From the human T2T-CHM13v2.0 reference genome, Homo sapiens, in the NCBI RefSeq assembly GCF_009914755.1, contig NC_060944.1: a stretch of DNA of 64,000 nucleotides; one strand, 5' to 3'. A program made the position numbers and the translations under genes. This document shows positions 12,640-30,544 of the stretch, in pieces; positions within the stretch are counted from its first letter, which is position 1; each line of letters opens with the position of its first letter. The notes under the pieces were generated by a model. The model saw nothing but the letters and a program-made list of their open reading frames with translations, was not told where the DNA came from and searched no databases.

Positions 12640-13583
12640 GCTTTGGACTCTGGGAAGTCCACACCGCTCTAACCCTCCCTCCAGGGCTATGCACCCCGGA
12701 TCCTGGTACATGCTGGGAGTATAGTTCTGAAGCCTACCGACAAACAGGCTGAGAGCAGTTAACGGACTACAGCTCCCAGCATATTAGGTGGGGCGCGTAC
12801 CACTCTGCCCCTTCTTCCAGTTCTGCGCCTCGCCCTGGAGCCTGGCGCATGCTGGGATTGTAGTCCTGTAGCCCTTTGACCAAAGGGTTGGGAGTGTTTA
12901 TGAGAATACATCTTCCAGCAATCCTAGGGAGGCGCACACAGCCCGGTCTCTTCCTCCAGTGACACGCATTGTCCCTGAGACTAGTGCATGCTAAGATTGT
13001 AGTCCTGCAGCTCTTTGAGGAAAGGGCTGGAAGAGTTTATGAGCATATATCTCCCAGCAAACCTAGGGAGACGCACACAGCCCCGCCTCTTTTTCCAGTG
13101 ACGCGCACTGTCCCTGACCCCGGTGAATACTGGGATGGTAGTCCTGTAGCCACGGGACCGGAAAGTCTGGGAGTCTTTATGAAACTACATCTCCCAGCAA
13201 GTAGAAGGAGGCACCCACAGTCCAGTCTCTTCCACCAGTAATGGGCACTGTCCCCGAGCTGTGTGCATGCTGGGACTGTAGTCTTGCAGCCCGGTGATGA
13301 AAGGGCTGGGAGTGTTTATGAGACTACATCTCCCAGCAAGCCCACCGAGGGGCGCATGGCCTTGCCTCTTCCTCCAGGGACGCGCACTTTCCCTGAGTCC
13401 GGTGCATGCTAGGATTGTAGTGCTGCAGCCCTGTGACCAAAGGACTGGGAGCGTTTATGAGACTGCATCTCCCAGCAAGACCAGCAAGAAGTGCGGAGCC
13501 TCGTCCCTTCCTCCAGATATTAGCGCACTCTCCCTGAGCCTGGTGCATGCTGAGATTGCAGTGTTGCAGCCCTGTGACCAAAG
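12640..13583. repeat. ~139-bp GC-rich tandem array (about 6.5 units), ACRO1-like satellite
   Basis: Motif catgctgggattgtagt (or variant) recurs at 12709, 12848, 12987, 13126, 13266, 13405 and 13546 (period 139-141). The ACRO1 label is from recall. Confidence 0.75.
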
Positions 13584-13629
13584 AGCTTTGTTATAGTTAT
13601 CTGTGAAGTATTCAACAAATTACTTTACT

Positions 13630-14951
13630 TAATTATTACTGGAAGCCAGAACCTCAGTTGCGTTCACTTTTTGGATATTATATGAGTGAAATTGTATAAT
13701 ATGTATACTTTTACATCGACTTTCTTCTATGCAACATTATAGTTATGGTATTAATTCATGATATTGCAGATAGCTATAGTTTGTTTATTTAATTTTTTTT
13801 TTTTTTACTTTGTGGTAAAGTGTACATCAAATTAACCATTTTAGCTATTGTAAGTTTGCAGCTCAGAAAAATTAACTACATTCACATTGTTTTGCAACTA
13901 TCATTCCCATTCATACGGACCTTCTTTCAACTTGCAGAAACAAAACTCTATACCCATTAAATAAGCTCCTTGTTACTCCCCTCAGGCTTCTAGGAACCAC
14001 TCTTCTACTTGGGTTTCTAGAATTTCTTTACTCTAAGTATCTCATAATTGGAATGATTCAGTATTTGTTCTTTTATGACTGGCTCGTGTCACTTTGCTCA
14101 ATGTCCTTAAGGTTCATGCATGACATACCATGTGTCAGAATTTCCTTATTTTACATAGCTGAATAATATTCCACTGTATGTATAAATCACATTTTATCTA
14201 TTTATTCATTGATGGTAATTCAAACAACACTTGAGTAATTCAAACAGCTTTCTGGTGATGTGAGTAATGCTGCTGTGAACCTAGGTGTATGTGTATTATT
14301 TTCTGTCTTTGCTTTCCTATCTTTTGCTACATACCCAGATGTGAAATTGCTGGATCGTATGGTGACATTACGTGTAAATTTTTTAGTTACTATGTTGTTA
14401 TTTTATAGCAGCTGTAGCATTTTACATTTCCACCAACAGTGTACAAGGGTTCTAATTGCTCCACATCCTCACCAACACTTGTGATTTTCTGTTTTGTTTT
14501 CTTTCTTTTGGTAGTAGCTATGCTGATGGGTATTAAGCGATATGTCATTTGGGGTTAGATTTGCATTTCACTAATGATGAGTTTTGTTGAGCATCTTTTC
14601 ATGTGCTTATTAGCCACTTTACAAAATTTTTAGAGAAATGTCTGCTTAGGATTTTGCCAATATTTTAAACAGGTAGTTTGTGTTATTGTTGCTGAATTGT
14701 TCTTTGCGTATTCTGGATAGATTCCGATTCATCTATTTTTCTTTTGTTTCTTGTGTTTTGGGTGTCCTGTTAAAAAAAAAAAAAAAACACTGCCAAATCC
14801 AGTGTATGACATGTTTCCCCTATATTTTGTTCTAAGAATTTTGTAGTTTTAGCTCTTACATTTAGGTATTTGATCCAGTTAGTTAATTTTTTCTTATGGT
14901 ATAAGTGAATGGCCCAGGTTCATTCTTTTTACATGTGGGTACCGAATTTCC
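13630..14951 (-). mobile_element. Old L1M (L1MB-like) 3' fragments
   Basis: Antisense L1 3' UTR/ORF2-end motifs (catttccaccaacagtgtacaagggttc, tttgcatttcactaatgatg, tcttacatttaggtatttgatcc). Confidence 0.8.
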
Positions 14952-15074
14952 CCAGCCCTGTTCTGCCTCTGACCGTCGGTCCTGTGTGGGTTTACTTGGA
15001 GGTGCTTTGCCTTGGAGAAAGGCGGGTGGACGGTGGTGGGGGCAATACAGCCCTGATAACACCTTGACTTAAGC

Positions 15075-16980
15075 CCAGTAAGACACGTGAGCAACAGGCC
15101 CCCTTGCAGAGGGCAAAGCAACGTGGAATCCGAAACCAAGCTTCAGTCGGCCTGAGTGTGACTCCTGTGTGGACGGGACTATCGGCCTCGCGCTCCTTTG
15201 CAGGCTCAACCTGGGGCTATCTCATCTGTGAACCATGTGGATGAAAAATGGACAACCACCCGAGTTTCGGCTCATTGCTCTCTGGGCAATTCTCTCATTC
15301 CCTGGGAGACGAAATTCGTCTGAATCGCTCCCGGATGAAGCAACCCAGGCTGGTTATCCGGAGGGCCGGTGAGCGCCCCGCAGACCAACGCGGCTGTGGG
15401 CTGAGCACTTAGCCCGCACTGGGCACCCAACATTTTTCCGGAGTGCGAGGTCCTGCTGGTCCTGGAGGCAGAAGACCGCTTTTCTCTCTGCCTTCTTTTC
15501 TCTGTCCCTTGCTCCCTCCCTCCCTCTTTCCCTCCGTCCCTCCCTCAGTTCCTCCCTTCCTCCCTCCCTCCTTCCCTCTCTTCCTCCCTCTATCCCTCCA
15601 TCCCTTCCAAGGTCCCTCCGTCCATCCGTTCTTTCCTCCCTCCATCGCTCCCTCCCTCTCTGTCTCCGTTCCTCTCCCCATCTCTGCCTGAGTTCCCTCC
15701 CGCGTAGAAAGGGCAGCACCCCGGTTTGCGCGGGGTCTCGGGTCTGCATTTAGCTGTCAGGCGCTCCACGGTGATAGCGAGGAAGCTGGCGGGGCACGGG
15801 TAGGCGAGTGACGGTGGCGGGGGGAGGCAGAGGTAGCCAGACGAGGAAAGAAGAGCAGGCCTGGTGGCTGCCCGGGCCAGTGTTTCCCGGGATGGAGGTC
15901 TCCGCCCACTCTACTGAAGAACGCGAGTGGGTGGGGGGGAAAGGGATGAGAGCTCCGCCTGCAAACCCGCGCATGAGCAGTAGACGGTTCACCTCCCGGT
16001 ACCTGGACGGGCTCTGGGATCCCCGGGATGCTCAGGAAAGAATGACAGCCCTCCACTGTGTGGGGTCTCTCACGGGACCTGGAACTCAGGGATCCTAGGC
16101 AGGTCAGCTGGAAGGGAAGACACGCCTCTCCATACCGAGTCAGAAGTTCACCGCGAAAGAGAGGCCGCCGCCCCAACCCCGCGTCCTAAAGCTCCTCCAG
16201 CAGAGCCCGGTGTTCTTCCTGGCTGAAGAGTGGTTCCAGCAGAGTGGGCTCTTCCACGTCCTTCAGCTCCCCCAGTGGCGCCGGATCTAGGAAAGGTTGT
16301 GCCTTTTGCTGAAACTCTAGGGTCGACAGGAGCTCATCTAATAGGCTGGGGGTGAGTGCAGAGGAGCGCCTTGCCTCCTGGAGCGGTTGGGAGGCTCCTG
16401 AATGGCTTCCATCTGTGCTTGACACGGAGGCCTCCGGGGTCACGAGCTTCGGAGTTGGAGGTGCCCAGTCTTTGGTTTCCCATGCAGCCCTGGCGACCTG
16501 GGGCTCTAGTCCCACCGCAGACTCCGGTGGGACGTGGGTGGCGCAAGCACACCTTGGCCCTGTGACTCAGCTTGAGGGGGCCCAAGCTGTCCCACTGAGC
16601 ACGCGCCCAGCAGGCCGTCGTGCTGTGGGTCCTGGTCCTCCTGGCATTTGTTGGGGTGCAGAGGCCACCGAGGAGTCTGAGTGTGGGACAACCCCACTTC
16701 TGGAGGAGCCAGGGCAGCGAACACAAAATCCTCGCATGCCGGGGCAGGTTGGGAGATTCCTTCTGCCTGTGCAGCCTGGCTGGGCTGGCACGGCCTGGCT
16801 GGGGCAGGGCCTGGCTCGGCCAGGGCCAGGCTGGGCCAGGCCTTGCTGCCTGGCTCACGAAAGCCCCCTGTGGGAGAGCCCCAGGCACACAGAGTGTGTG
16901 GGGTGCAGGAAGCCCCGTTCCCCATGCCCCGGTGTGGGTGAACTCGATTGAGGGAGGAGGTTGACACCCGCCAGGGGTGT
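15075..16980 (-). repeat. Partial D4Z4-like (3.3-kb repeat family) unit including the LSau-type purine/pyrimidine tract and the KpnI junction
   Basis: GC-rich sequence collinear with the D4Z4 spacer; cttccctccctcc tract ~15480-15700; GGTACC at 15998-16003 in the context gatcccagagcccgtccag|gtacc, equivalent to the DUX4 exon-2 donor. Confidence 0.88.
16186..16980 (-). pseudogene. DUX4: DUX4-like pseudogene, 5'-truncated (both homeodomains absent), two frameshifts, open C-terminal activation domain
   Basis: Three frames give [29 protein letters not shown] / [27 protein letters not shown] / [27 protein letters not shown], corresponding to DUX4 residues ~170-424. Confidence 0.92.
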
Positions 16981-16984
16981 TAAT

Positions 16985-18890
<1,906 letters not shown>

Positions 18891-18895
18891 TAGGT

Positions 18896-19512
18896 TTTTG
18901 TTTGTTCCTTGTTTTGAGATGGGGTTTCGCTCTGTCGCCCAGGACAGAGTGCAGTGGCATGATCATAGCTCACTGCAGCCTCTAACTGCTGGGTCAAGTG
19001 ATTTTTCTACCACAGCCTCCTGAGTAGCTGGGACAACAGGCATGCAACACTATGCCTGGCTATTTTTTTTTTTTTTTTTTTTTTTTTGAGATGGAGTCTC
19101 GCTCTTTCGCCCAGGCCGGAGTGCAGTGGCGTGGTCTTGGCTCACAGCAAGCTCCACCTCCCGGGTTCACGTCATTCTCCTGCCTCAGCCTCCCGAGTAG
19201 ATGAGACTACAGGGGCCCACCACAAGGCCCGGCTAATTTTTTTGTATTTCTTAGTAGAGATGGGGTTTCACCATGTTAGCCAGGATGGTCTCAATCTCCT
19301 GACCTCGTGATCTGCCTGCCTCGGCCTCCCAAAGTGCTGGGATTACAGGTGTTAGCCACCGCGCCCAGCCGCCTTTTCTTTAATGCTTTTTTTTGCAGAG
19401 ACGGGGTCTCACTATGTTGCCAAGCTGGTCTTGAACTCCGGGGCTCAAGCAATCCAACCACTTCAGCCTCCCAACGTGAAGCCATTACAGGCTTGAGCCA
19501 CTGCACCCAGCT
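18896..19512 (-). mobile_element. AluJ-type element split at its central A-linker by an AluY-type element (19063-19370)
   Basis: Old right arm 18896-19060, CpG-rich young Alu with long poly-T 19063-19370, old left arm ~19375-19512. Confidence 0.85.
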
Positions 19513-19537
19513 TGTCTGTAGTTTTTAAAACAAAAAC

Positions 19538-20400
<863 letters not shown>

Positions 20401-21679
20401 AATTAGAGAAATTAAAGGATTACAATGTGTCATATAGTTTTCAAATCACAAGATAGAAAAAGACATAATAACAGAAAGTATAGAAAACAACAAGGATAGG
20501 AATACAACATCAGTGATAGAAGGCAGAAGACAGACACGTACAGCCAAACATATTATTTTAATGATTATTTATATTCATTTATACTAATTTATATTGATGT
20601 AACATATTAATTTTGACTAAATGGCATTAAAAGAGGTTTGAGTAATTTGTGTGTCACATTCTGGATGAGAGGACTCAATAATATTAACTCTTTAGTTTGC
20701 TGTAAATTATTTAAAAATATGCTCAAATTCCAATAAAAATTCCAAGAAAAATATTTTTGAACAAGAAAATGTGATTTTAAATTCGTCTGTTGAGCACACA
20801 CATGAGAGCCAATATTATAAAATTTAAGATATTTAATATTATTACTATTCAAAGTAAACAAATTTGAAATGGCACAAAAATAAACACATTAATGAAAGAG
20901 AACTAAAAACACAGAAATTGAGTGTAATTTTATCTAGTAACAGGGTAACATTTTAAATTCACAAAACAAGAGCGATTGTTCCATTTATGGTATTAAAATA
21001 CTGGGTAATGATTTGAGAATATAAAATGATAGAATTGATTAATGGTCCCACACCTTGCATAAAAGTTAATTCCAGTATTAAATGTTAAAAAGAGAGAGAG
21101 AGAGAGAGAGAGAGAATTAGATGTCTGTGTGTTTTATGACCTTGAGAATGAATGTCTTCTAAAATCAAAATTTCAAACAGGAACCATATAAAAAGGAATA
21201 AACCTAAAGTACCTAAAAGGTAAATTCTTACACATTTCAACACCAGGTAAACAGCACAAAACAAACTGGGAAAATTTTTACAACAATTATGTTACATGAA
21301 AGTTAAAATCCTTATGACATGTACAATGTATAAAACACTATGATTACTGCTATTATTAATAGTATTATGATTACCTGGTCTTCCCGCACACCAGTCCTCT
21401 TCTGGTGCCCTGTGGTGAAACAGAGCCCTCCCTCTCTGGCAACAGTGAGGGATCCAGCAGGAACCCTGCCTAAACCCGCAGAGGGTGTGAGCCAAGCCAG
21501 GACATCACATTCCCTCCTGCGAAATGACGCAGATACCCACTCACGACAGAAATTTGGTCCTTCTCTGGAAAAGTTGTGTAACAATTATTGAAGAAACTTT
21601 TTTCTTTTGTTCCCAGACACATGGAGACAGCTGGTCTGGAAGACCGATGTCCACATGCTAAGAGAAGCAGTCACTCATA

Positions 21680-22750
21680 ACACACACACTGCGCACACCA
21701 CACCATGTGCACATGCACACACACCCCACACACAGACACCACACAAACAGCACACACACCATGTGCACACGCATACACACCCCACACACAGACACCACAC
21801 AAACAGCAAACACACCATGTGCACATGCAGGCACATGACCCCCCACACTGCACACACACACCACACACACCACACCCACTGAACACGCCACACCATGTGC
21901 ACACGCACACACACCCCACACACAGACACCACACACACTGCACACACCACACCATTACACAAACGCACACCCCCCACACACCACACACTGCACACCTCAC
22001 ACCATGTGCACATGCACACACACCACACACAGAGTCACCACATACACTGCACACACCACACGATGTGCACACGCACATAGACCCCACACACCACACACAC
22101 CACACACACGAACCTACTACACACACCACACACATACAGCACCACACAACACACCATGTGCACACGCACACAGACCCCACACACCACACACACTGCACAC
22201 ACCACACCACACACACGAACTTACTACATACACCACACACATACAGCACCACACACCAACCACACACACATCAAACACACACCCCACACATACTCCCCAA
22301 ACACTGCACACGTACATATAGCACCACACACATCGAGCAAACACACACATCACATACATACGCCACACACACTGTGCACACACACACCGCACCACACACA
22401 CCACACACATACACCACACACACATTCTACACACACATCAAACACACATCAAACACTACACACACTGCACACACAGCACCATACACACACAAAACGCACA
22501 CATCACATACACCACATACACTGCACACACACATATCACAAGCACACCATACCACACATAGTACCCGTACACGCCACACACATACACCACAAACACAACA
22601 CATACACACACCATACACCACCCACAGTATTCACACGACACCCACAGTACACACCACACACACATATACGTACCCCATGCACTTACTACACACACAGACC
22701 ACACACACACACCATACATATACATCACACACATACGTCTTCGCACACCT
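21680..22750. repeat. CA-rich minisatellite / low-complexity tract
   Basis: About 1.07 kb of cacacaccacaca, with recurring ccatgtgcaca units (~50-90 bp apart) in the left half decaying rightward. Confidence 0.95.
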
Positions 22751-24920
22751 CACAGAGTACATACAATACTCACTTTTAGAACTTAATTCAGGTTTTAAGG
22801 AGCCTGGATAATAAACTATTTTATTGGCGTTTGAATGAGCTAAGAAAATGCATATAAATACACATGCTTAACTATAATTGCACAAGAAGCACTTTCGAAA
22901 TCACAACATTAGATTAAACCATCTAAGTTTTTTATTGTTATTGAAAAATCAAGTCTTCATCATTTTACTAGGAACTATTTACAGAATAAACTAATGAGAT
23001 TCTTCCTGAGGTAAAAAGACTTTTTGGAAAAACTTCTCCTTGATGAAATTTCACTTAAAACATCACTTCCATCGTGAAGTATTTCTTTAAGATATTCTTG
23101 GTCCCTTCCTTTTATGTGGAATCGTCAATTCAAATTTTAAAGGAGACTTTGAGATGTTTTTCATCTATTATTTTAAAAATGTTGAAGGGGTTTTTAATTC
23201 TGCCTTCAACAGAGATGGACACACCTCTGATTATGATGTAAAACTGAATACGTTACTCTGGCAGGCTTTCTCCTCTGCAGCTTAGCTGCCATCATTATTA
23301 ATAAGGATTGTATGCTTTTACTCCATGCACAATCTGTATTCCCTGCTTTATAAAGAATAGAAATCTAATTCTCACTATGAAGGCAGATAAAAGTAATCAC
23401 TTCAACCTACAGATGACTGAATCATTTACCAAAGCACTCAGACTTGAAATAGCATTTATCCAATGTGTCTATATTTCTACACAGATTCATATGAAGAACA
23501 TGTAGTTTAAATCATTGCACAATTTATGCTTTTAATGAGTTGTGATGGTCATTAATATTTTTATCACATTTCCCCAAAGGTGGGCTACTTACTGTTATTC
23601 TTTTCAGTTAGAAATATAGATGTATTTTCTATTTTTGATGACTTTGAAACATAATCCTTGGAGTATAATATCTATGTGTAATATCTGTGGAAAGCATGAA
23701 AATAATATTCAAATAGTATGCATTTTTCCAGAATGAAAATTTCCTCTACAATAATATTCATCTTTTTTTTCCTGATGGGCACATAAAAGTCAACATTTGT
23801 AACATTGCTGGACATTATTTACATTAAACATGCATCAGCTTCAGGTGTTGCAGAAACTGGGCAAGAGGCCACAAGGTACACAATACACACACATGCACAC
23901 ACACATACACACACACAAAACTTGTATTATTATACTTACCTAAGTGTCTAAAGAGGTGGATAAATATATTAGATTACTCTAGAGCAATGATTTTTGTGGG
24001 GTCTATTGGAAAATATAACTGTAGTTTGAGTGAGATTCCTCTAAGAGATTCAACTTGGCCACTATTTATTGAGTATTCAATTTTAAAAATACTAACAGAA
24101 GGCTTATGGGATGAAAATTTCCATCTAAATCTATGGGAAATGTGCTACTAGATGCTGTAGTAAAAAGACTGATGTGGTAATTGTAAAATATATCTAATAT
24201 CTAAACCTTTGTTTGTTTTTTACCTGAAATCCTTATGGGGGTGATTGTGTATATCAATTTGAATCTTCCCATCAACAAGATGCATAAATAAATAGCCAGC
24301 CTACCTCTATAAATTAATAATTTAGTTCACCTGCTCTATATTTTGAGGGCAGTGCTTCTCTTCCTTTGACATGCACAAAATTCACCCGGGGATCTTATTA
24401 AAATGCAAACTCATAGATCACGCTTTGACTAGCTAAGATAAGGGATCAGAGCATCGAAATAAGTGTGTAGGTGACTGTGCTAAGATTCTACTGCTCATTT
24501 GGGCACTGGCTCACCATATTAACAAAGCTTAGGACCTCTAGTCCTTGCTGGAAAAGAAATACACATACATAGGATGTGACTGTGCATATGGAATATCTGT
24601 TGTGTTCTGGACATTGTGCTAGACAACAGAGATAAGAAGTCAAATAATCTCTTGTCTCTATCTGAAAGGAGCTTCATACACAGTGGCTTCTGGATGTCTC
24701 TGAAACTGGGTTCACTTTCAGATTTGATTATTATATTTATGATTTGACACTGGCATTGAACCCCATGATGTGATAAATTTTTCCAGAACCTGCCAAAACA
24801 ACTGGCTTTGCTCTCAACATCAGGAAGCCACTGGGGCACATAAATAATTCATTTATGTTTGTATTTCACCAGACAGGAACAACTTGAGCTAATTTTCTAG
24901 CCACATTTGTTTAGAGCTGT

Positions 24921-25200
<280 letters not shown>

Positions 25201-25310
25201 GCGTAGAGCTGTGTTTTTAGTCTTTTTTGAACTGTTTTACAATCCAGTGTTGAATTGATAAGTTTGGATTCACTCTGATATTTGCAGATTTAACATCCTA
25301 CTTCACAAGA

Positions 25311-25487
<177 letters not shown>

Positions 25488-26206
25488 TTAAAAATAGCAA
25501 AGTATATAATGAAGTTTGTAATAGATATTCATGGCTAAAATTTATTCTTATATTAATCAATATATTCTATAAATTGGGAGAAAATATTAAACACATGAAA
25601 AGTAAGGAACTTTCATCATTAATATATAATTAATATGACAAGAATGTGGTTTATGTTTTTATCTTTACAAGATTTAGGAACATTTGGTGCAAGGAGGAAG
25701 AATGTATAATCATGGGGAGCATGTATGATACTGGAGGGAGCCTTTTGACAAGGGGGAAATGGCATCACGAGATATGCTATGATCATAGCTATGTAGGAAC
25801 ACAGCTACCTATGGTCTCCCCGTCAAATCCACTGGGCAGTGTTCAGTTACCAACATTGAGGTAGAGCTCACTCTCCCAGATCAGAAGAGAAAATATACAC
25901 TGCAGTCAGAAGCCACTGAGTAGGAAGCTCCTTTCAGATAGAGGCAAGGGATATTTGACTTTTTATCTCTAGTGTCTAGTACAATGTCCAGAACACAACA
26001 GATATTCCATATGCACAGTCACATCCTATGTGTCTGTATTTCTTTTCCAGCAGGGACTGGAAGTCCTATGTTTTGTTAATATGGTGAGCCAGTGCCCACA
26101 TGAACAGTAGCATCTTAGCACTGTCACCAGGGCATCCATTTAAATGCTCTTATCTTAGCTAGTCAAAGTGTGGTCTATGAGTTTGCATTTTAATAAGATC
26201 CCCGGG

Positions 26207-26440
26207 TGAATCTTGTGCATGTTACAGAGGAAGCACTGTCCTACATCCCATGTGACAGGCTCTCATAGTCACCATCATCACGGGAATCTTGCCCATGTTA
26301 CAGGGAAGTGCTGTCCTACATCATATGTGACAGGCTCTCATAGTCACCATCATCAAGGGAATCTTGCACACGTTACAGGGAAGCACTGTCCTACATCGTA
26401 TGTGACAGGCTCTCATAGAAACCACCACCCTGGGAATCTG
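26207..26440. repeat. 75-bp tandem triplication
   Basis: Units start at ~26207, 26282 and 26357: gggaatcttg..atgttacagggaag..ctgtcctacatc..atgtgacaggctctcatag. Confidence 0.92.
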
Positions 26441-27949
26441 CATTTAGAGCATTTAACTATATGGGCTCTGAAATCAGGTGACTTAGGTTTAGACTTCCTT
26501 CTACTTTTTACTAAGCAGAGAACTCTGGGGTGAAAACTTTACGATGCCATTTTATCACATCCAAATTGGAGGCACGGGGAGATTATAACATTTTCCATGG
26601 AATATTGTTTTACATATAAAATGAAATAGTACATAGGAAGCTTCTGCCATGCACTAACTGCACAATAAATATTAGTTAATAGTAACTCATTTAGTCCTAA
26701 GGTCTATAAATTTGTACACTATAATTTTTTGTGACTACCCAAATTTTTATAATTAATGTAGATTTAAAATCAAGGAATGTTTTTATGTGTAGTTGGTAAT
26801 CAATATGACACGCCAAAATTATATGTAAGTAGTTTATTTTTGGTGGGGATATAAGAAATTTGCCATCAAAAGAGGGAAAATAATCTATGTTTTCAGACTC
26901 CAGAAAGCTGTGACTCACCTAAGAGTTTGCAATTTCTGTCTGGGGGAAAAGAAGAGAAAGTTGACTGTGAAAATAAGCATTACCATAGAGCCTTCTCTAT
27001 GGCAACATCAAAAATGAAAGCTGATTCTCATCTTCCTAACAATCTGCAAAGACAAGTGAAACACAACCTACTGAGCATCAAGTTAAAGAAGGAGTGAATT
27101 TGAGTAGCACGGGAGGAAACCATGTCTTCGCCACTAGGGAAATAAATATGACCACTGTTCCTCTGCCCTCCTCCGAGGCTAAAGATGGGTTAAATATGAG
27201 TGCCTGACCTCAGATAATGGAATGAGCAAAAAAGCTATAAAATGCATGCATTACATAATTAAGAGGGTGGGAAGGGATTTTTTTTAAAAAGGCAATTCCT
27301 AGTTGGGTTCCTTCCTGTTCACGCCATTGATGAAGAAATTAGTCTTGCCCTAGAATTCTGGGGATGGCTGCAGACACAACAAACACTGAGCAGATGAAAT
27401 TCACGGTAATTTATTCATCGCGCATACTCAGCCCAACAGGGGATGACACTGCATCTATGCAGGTCTACCCGGGGGTTCACTCTGGAGCACAGGGTGCGGG
27501 AGGCAGGCTTGGTAGAAATCAGAGGGTGGGGTAACCCTTGGTCCCTTGAGGGATGTGCTTGACTAATTCAAAGAGTTTAGCAGTCTGTTGGGGGCATGAA
27601 AGCCATTAGGCTGAGGACCTGGTGGGATGCAGCATGAAATTTTAGGTGTCACAGTAAAATTGACCCTGATGCTTTAAAATCAGACATTTATTTTAATGAT
27701 GACTAATATTTTGAGAGGCTGAGAGAAGGCTGTTGAGACATTGTAATAAGTGCTTAGGGGCATGAGACATTAGGAAGGCCACAATTATGAGTAATGAAAT
27801 GTGGAAGCTGATGAGAAGCTACTGCTCCCATTTGCTTAGCAGGAGGCAGGAAAAGTGATCTGGGATCTCTGGCAGCACAAGCGTGTTGGTAAATATTTGG
27901 GTGATGTCATGCATCCCCCATGCATTGGTTTTCATGTCTCCAGTGAGTT

Positions 27950-30090
<2,141 letters not shown>

Positions 30091-30099
30091 ACCAGTTGC

Positions 30100-30533
30100 A
30101 TGAATATATATAGGTTTATTATAAGGAATTGGCTCATGTGGTTATGGAAGCTAACAAGTCCCAGGGACTGCAGTCAGCAAGCTGGAGACCCAGGACTGCC
30201 AATGGTGGAGTTCCAGTCCAAGCCTAAATTCCTGAGAACCAGGAAAGCTGATGGCATAAGTTACAGTCCACGTCTGACTTCAAAGGCAAGAGAAGATCTA
30301 CGTCTCAGCTCTGAAAGCATCAAAGAGAGTGAATTATCTCTTCCTCTACCCTTGTGTTTTATTTGGGCTTTAATGGATTGGATGAGGCCCACTCACACTG
30401 GGGACGGCAACTACTTTACTAAGTCTACATATTCAAATGTTCATCTCATCAAGGAACACCCTCACAGACACATCCAGGGTGTTTAACCAAATATCTAGGC
30501 AACCCAACTTGGCAAATAAAATTAACCATCATA
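30100..30533 (-). mobile_element. MLT2 (ERVL) LTR fragment
   Basis: tttattataaggaattggctcatg..caagctggagacccagg..aaaattaaccatca. Confidence 0.8.
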
Positions 30534-30544
30534 AGGTGAAAGAT

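Noticed and set aside
12640-13583. CRISPR-like regular repeat spacing
   Set aside because: Whole units are homologous with no unique spacers, there are no cas genes, and the DNA is primate.
15354-16951. Many overlapping GC-rich ORFs, including plus-strand ones up to 199 aa
   Set aside because: Expected from the high GC content of D4Z4-like DNA; only the minus-strand DUX frames show homology.
21607-22811. Long His/Thr-rich and Cys/Val-rich ORFs (up to 368 aa)
   Set aside because: Artefacts of a CA/TG repeat with few stop codons; open in many frames on both strands.
26213-26533. His/Cys-rich 25-aa repeat peptide resembling a metal-binding protein
   Set aside because: Follows from the 75-bp triplication being a multiple of three; weak start context and no splice or promoter support.
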